DNA from: Salpingoeca rosetta
Taxonomy: Eukaryota; Protista; Choanoflagellata
Length of the DNA stretch: 64,000 nt
Reading direction: 5' to 3'
Assembly: GCA_033442325.1 (NCBI GenBank)
Contig: JAWQFM010000001.1
Coordinates: 2,440,973-2,504,972, forward strand
This document shows, one piece after another, positions 58,328 to 64,000 of this stretch. Each line of letters begins with the position of its first letter. Position 1 is the stretch's first letter. The notes beneath the pieces were generated by a model, which saw nothing but the letters and a program-made list of their open reading frames with translations, was not told the origin of the DNA and made no database searches. Position numbers and translations under genes: made by a program.

Positions 58328-61300
58328 TCACGCCTCGTGATCGGCCTGGGCGCAGAGGCGCCAGGAAGCGGCGGCGGTGTTGTGGTCGAGAAACGCTGCT
58401 TCGAGTTCAGCAAACGTGGGCCGCTCGTCCGGATCGCCCGCCATGCACCGCAGCGAAAGCGCCTGAAACCACTCTGGCACGCCTGTTAATGATGGTGGCA
58501 ACGCACGCACACGTGTTGTTGTGCAGTGTCAGATGGTGCATGTGGTGCGGTGATGAGTGTGATGGCTAGTGTGGGGGCGAGTATGGTGAGGATGCCGTCC
58601 CCCTTTCAACGAGGGCAGAGAGGGAAGCCACAAACACGCGCAGAGAGAGACAGAGACAGAGGCAGAGACACAGAGAGAAGGAGAAACACACACACACAGG
58701 CACAAACACAGACATACGTGCAGACACACATACACACAGACACACGGACACACACACAGGCACACACACAGGCACACAAAGACACACACACACACACAGG
58801 CACACAAAGACACACACACACACAGGCACACAAAGACACACACACACAGGCACACAAAGACACACACGCGTGCGCAAGGATGCAAGTGTTACTCACAGTT
58901 GCCTGCGCAGTCTGAGCGGTCGAAGCGCAGGCGCCTGCCGTCGCTGAGGAGGCGCTGCAGTGCTGTCAAATACCGCTCGTTAATGTCGCTGCCAAGCTCC
59001 TGTGCCACCAAGTCGGGCTGCTTCTCCACGGCAAGCTCCCACAACACAACCCCAAAGCTGAACACGTCCGCCTGTGCCGAGTACGGCTCGCCACGTGCCA
59101 CTTCCGGCGCCATGTACGGCGGTGTCCCCGCGGCCTTTGTGGCGCTGCTGCCGCCCGTGGTCAGCTCGTGGATTGTGCCAAAGTCCGTGATCTTGCCCCG
59201 AAGATCAGCAGAGACAAGCACATTGCCGCTCTTCAGATCCCTGTCGGCACACGCCCACAAGACATGGCGATGTAGTGTTGAGGTGATGCATGCCTGCAAT
59301 GACCAAACACATCACCCGAAACGCATGCACCAAGCCTGCACACAAACACACACACACATCACGTCACATCACACACACAGTCATTCAAGCGCGCACACCC
59401 ACGCATACACACATACACACAAACACACATCACATCACATCACATCACACATCACACACTTCCACACGCAAGCACAGAGACAAACACCCACACACACCTG
59501 TGAAAGTGGTCGAGCTTGTGGATGTAGGCCATGCCGTGTGCAATGTCGAGGGCGAGGCGGTGTTTGAGGTCCCAATATGACATGCCGCCCGCATCGGACG
59601 AGCGCGAGTCAACGGTGATGGTCTGCAGCCGCAGCCGCACATCATCAGGGGAGGCCGACACCGCGCTTGGTAGCAACGGCTCCTTCACATCGCCGTCCAA
59701 TGTGGAAAACATGCTGTTGCTGCTGGTGGTCGCGAAGAGTCCACTGCCACCGCCACTACGACCGGTCATGTTGTCGTAGTCGCCAGTGGACACGTCAATG
59801 ATTGCCGACATGTCAACCTTGGTCATGCTGCTGCTGCTGAGGCCATCACCGCCGCACATGTGCAGGCGCCACAGCGAGTGCAGTGTCTGCACACGCTCGC
59901 TTTTCTGCGTCCGGGAGCCGCGCAGGGATGTGTGCACAGGCGCGCCCTGCGCGTCGCCCGTGCCAAGCAGCCCTTCCAGCGAGCCATACTTGACAAAGTC
60001 CAGCACGAGGAACGGGCAGCCGTCCGGGTTTGTGCCTGCGCCATGGAAGAAGACAATGTTCTCGCACTTGCGGGCCAGCTGCAGAAACTGCGCCTCCTGT
60101 CGAAACTTGTCGATTGTCGAGTCGTCGAGCTCCTTCATGGCGTGGCGCAGCACCTTCACCGCCACCGTCTGCCCCGTGCGCCGGAACGTGGCCCGCCACA
60201 CCTCGCCGAACGTGCCCGCGTCAATGCGTCGTGTCAGCGTCACCTGCTTGAAGGGAATCACCCACGCGCCCTCCATTGCCGCCAGCTTGCGCTTGTTCTC
60301 GCGGGTGATGCGCTGCGCCGCTGCAAGCCCGCGCCGCTGCCACACAAACACGGCGCCCGTGATGACGAGCACGAGCACAAACGACACGCTCAGCCCCGTG
60401 ATGAGCGCGGTCCTGCTGCGGTTACTCACGCACAGCCCGCCGCTCTGGTGGTAGCCGCTGGCGCACCTGCAGCGGTACTCCAGGGCAAGCTGCGTCTGGT
60501 GGCTGCCGGGGTCGTCGCGCGGCTGCACCACCACGTGCCGGAACGCCGTGCGGCAAACGACGGGCGTGTTCTGCATGGTCACCGTCGGCGCGTCGGCCCT
60601 GCTCTCCAGGAAGTACAGGTGCGGGTCCTGGAACTGCTGCGACGACAGCACAATCGGGCGGCTGGTGATCTCCTGCATGCGCGTCAGCCGCTTCATCCAC
60701 GCGCTCTCGCTCAGGTCAATCACCTCGCTCTGCTCCACGCACCGCACGAACAGCTCGGGTCCCTGGGCGAGCAGCAACGGGTTGTTGACGCCGCGGTAGA
60801 AGAAAATGCGTGAACCCCAGTCGGTACATAGCGGCGTGATGGAGGTCACGCTCGTGTACGAGAGGTCAATTGACTCCACGCGCGGCACAAGCAGCGTCGT
60901 CAGGGACCGGCACCCAAACAGGTTGAGCTGCTCCAGGGCGTTGTGGATGCGCACGCTCTCCAGGCGCATGTTGTTGGGCAGAAACACGGCCCGAAACGTC
61001 TTGTCTGCACACAGGTCCATGTGCGTGTACCCGGTGCCCGTGAGCGCAAACTCCTCCACGTTGTTGGCGAGCACCTTGCAGAGCGCATCGAGGTGGATGA
61101 TGTCGGTGTTCATGCCGGGCCAGCCCGCCGCGAACCGCTTCAACTGCAGCTGCAGCTGTGTCAGCTTGAGCGGGAAGGTGGCGGGCAGCACGATACCGGT
61201 GACGTCCAGCGCCTCCAGGTGCGTGCCGATGCTGCTCGACACGCTAAGCGGCTCTGCATGGGCGTCGTGGAAGGTGGGCGCTGACGCAATCTCGAGCGTC

Positions 61301-63600
61301 TGCAGGTATGGCAGGGTGAGCAGTGGGAGGAGGTTGAGGCGGGGGATGGTGTGGCCGTTGCTGCGAATGATGCGCAGGTTTGTCAGTTGTGCGATGTCTG
61401 GCTGCACCACGAGCGGGTTGCCGTGCAGCTGCAGCTCCTCAAGACTCATCAGCGGCCGCGCTGTCTCAAACGCAGACAGCTTGTTGTCGGGCAGCAGCAG
61501 CACGCGCAGGCGCGGCGAGCCATCAAACAGGGCCGGGGGGATGCTGCTGAGGCGGTTGCTGCCAAAGTCAATGTACTCCAGCGCGGTGAGGGCAGCGAGC
61601 GTTCTGACGTGCAGGGTGCTGATTGCGTTGTCGTGGAGGGCAAGCAGCTCCAGGCGCTGCAGGTTGGTGAATGCCGCCTCGTGCACGGTTGCAATGTCGT
61701 TGCCCATGAGAAACAGCTGCCGCAGCTGCGTCAGCGCGTCGAACATGTGCGGTGTGACGTGGGTGAGCCGGTTGCGGGTGAAGCTGAGGTGCTGCAGACG
61801 CGTGAGGGCATCCAGCACGCCGTTGGCAATGGACGTGATGCGGCAGCGGTACAGGAACAGCGTCTTCAGGTTGATGGTGCTGTCAAACAGGCCCGCAGGA
61901 AGGTCTTCCAGCTGCGTGCTGAACGCATACAGCTCCTCCAGCTGTGTCTGCTGCGCAAACAGGGCCGCGGGGAAGTGGGTGAGCGGGTTGTTGTCGAGTG
62001 CAAGAAGGCGTAGGGCGGTGTTGCTGGCGAACGTGTGTGGGTCCAGCAGGGAGATGCCGTTGTATCCGAGATCGAGGTGCGTCAGGTTGAACAGCTCGTC
62101 AAACATGCGCTCGTGCACAGACGACAGGCGGTTGTTGTGCAGGGTGAGGGTGCTGATGCGGCGGTTGTCGGCGAACATGTCGTCGTCGAGATCACGCACG
62201 TGGTTGTTGTCCCAGTGCAAGGTGAGCAGGTTCGGCATGGCGGCGATGGTGTCGTGGTCAAGCTCCGACAGGCTGTTGCCGCTCATGTCCAGCGTGGTGA
62301 CCGAGGGGCCGTGCACGAACACGTCTGTGTCGTCGTCCGCGCGCGTGGGCCGCACCTCTGTCAGCTCGCTGTGGCTGAGGTCGATGGTGTGCAGTGGTGG
62401 CAGCGAGTTGAACATGGACAGGTGCAGGCTTGAGCTCTGCAGGCCGTGCACGCTGACTTTGGAGGCGTTGGGGAAGTGAAACGACAGGATCAGCTCAATG
62501 TCGGCTGGAAGCATGCGCCCTGAGATTGTGACGTGCGACGGCTGCACAATGTCGATGATGCGCTCCTGTACAAACTGCCGTCGGCCGTCGTCCGGGTGCA
62601 CGAGCGGCTCTGTGCCGCCCTCGATGTTGAAGATGAGCTCCGTGGTGAGCACGGTGAAGGTGCAGTCGAAGATGAAGTTGCGCGAGACATCGCACACCAC
62701 GGGCCGGGAGAAGAAGGCGTCCTCTGTGGTGGAGCTGGTGGTTGTCGTTGTTGTTGTTGTTGCGGTTGTCGTGGTGGTCGTTGTCGTTGTGGCTTGAGTC
62801 GCTGCACCTGCTGTTGTTGTGGTTGATGTGTCTGCGCGGCGTTGGCGAAACAGCTGACGCACATCCTTGCTGTTCAACTCGCCATCTGGTGTCGGCTGAA
62901 TAAGGATGCTTGCTTCTTCCTGCTGCTGATGCTTCTGCTGCTTCTGCTGCTGCTGCTGTTGTTGTTGTTGTTGTCGTGTGGGAGGAAGGGTGTCAGCAGT
63001 GTTGGTGACTGTTCGCACACGAACAGCAGGGTGGGCAGAGGTGGCGGCTGTTGCCACGTTTGACTGTTGGCTGTGGTTGTAGTCATGGTCAGAGTTGTGG
63101 TGGTGGGTGCAAAACTGGTGCACGAAGCGCTCCAATACCACAAGGTGCGGTGGTGGGAGAGACGCGTGGCTGGTGTTGCCACTGATGTCGGCTGTTGACG
63201 TGGACGCGGACGCAGTTTCAGATGAGGTGTGGTGCCCGGTGGACGTGGCAGCCTCTCGTGCAGCCAGCAGCGCATCCTGTGCTTCTATGCAAGCCGCCGC
63301 GTGTGCCTTGCACCCCACATCAACCACATCTGAGGCCGCTGCTTGTGTCTCGGGCGCTCTGCCCACGAAAGGTGTCCTCTCACTGCACCAGCCGAGACCA
63401 GGGGAGCGCGCACTATCGGCTTCATGCCCTTTTCCACTCGTAAGGGTGGCAAGTGGGGCAGTGTTGCTCACAGCGGCAGTGCCTGTGCACGGTGTGCATT
63501 TTGCACCCAGCAACAAAACGCCGATCGTGAGCAGGGCGATGGTAGACCAATTCAGCTTCATCAGCAGCATTGTTGCCGCTGTCCCCTGAGCCTGAGCCAT
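58328..63600 (-). CDS. Leucine-rich-repeat single-pass receptor kinase (TKL-type), 3 exons
   Basis: Exons 63600-59498, 59240-58897, 58482-58328. Signal peptide, many LxxLxLxxN repeats, EGF-like [33 protein letters not shown], then kinase motifs [42 protein letters not shown]. Confidence 0.92.
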
Positions 63601-64000
63601 GGCAGGCAGGCGATGGCTGCGATTGGGCTGACAAGCGAGGAAAGCGTGGGGCTGTGGGGAGAGAAACCCGTGGTCCAGGTGGTCGTTCAATGAGGCAGGG
63701 AAAGGGAAGGAGGGAGGAAGTGGAGGAAGATGACTGCAAGGTGGCAAGCGAGCGAGCGAGCGAGTTGAGGGCGCCGGCTAGGGGGCAGGAAAATTCATGA
63801 AAATATGGCTTAATTTTCTGCAGTGGCGTCCGTCAGCACGACTGCTTGTGTTTGGCGAGCACTCGCATCTGACATGGAACTCGTCCTGTGTGTGTGTGTG
63901 TGTGTGTTGTGGTTCTGTGGTGTGTTTGTTGTAGCTCTGTGGTGTGCTTGTTTGTTTGTGTTTATTCATCTTTGTAGCAGGCAGGCTAGGCTCCATGCAC

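Noticed and set aside
60806-62479. 557-aa plus-strand ORF
   Set aside because: Antisense to the LRR exon; expected from GC-rich codon usage and has no recognisable motifs.
63601-63747. Upstream extension of the LRR kinase ORF (MPPCSHL...)
   Set aside because: The track's start here is not an ATG, and the signal peptide follows the Met at 63600 or those just downstream.

Overview
Eukaryotic genomic DNA that is GC-rich, intron-dense and full of (GT)n/(AC)n microsatellites. Gene content and intron style point to a choanoflagellate, most likely Salpingoeca rosetta (inference, not verified). Most ORFs in the supplied track are artefacts of the microsatellites, so I rebuilt spliced gene models by hand from GT/GC-AG junctions and reading-frame continuity. 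About 19 protein-coding genes are supported: a 5'-truncated coiled-coil protein, an unknown tail-anchored protein, ATP synthase subunit e, SRPK, an intronless GT11-like glycosyltransferase, MRPL22, maspardin (SPG21), NDUFS4, ARL15, SSR2 (TRAP-beta), vezatin, a PHD-bromodomain protein, CCDC153/DRC12 (runs into a 572-nt assembly gap), SNW1, a signal-peptide-bearing TIGR02466-type 2OG-Fe(II) oxygenase, RPS19, DDX46, SNX27, a minimal WW-BAG (BAG3-like) protein and an LRR-TM-TKL receptor kinase. The most interesting signals are the LRR receptor kinase (plant-RLK-like architecture, furin site, long kinase insert containing YDNM), the PHD-bromo protein hidden in small exons, the 159-aa BAG3-like protein, a clathrin-box-like motif in SNX27 assembled by a microexon, complementary GT/AC repeats at opposite intron ends, and four compact head-to-head gene pairs. 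No rRNA, tRNA, CRISPR array or intact mobile element was recognised. Family assignments come from my recall of motifs, not from database searches.
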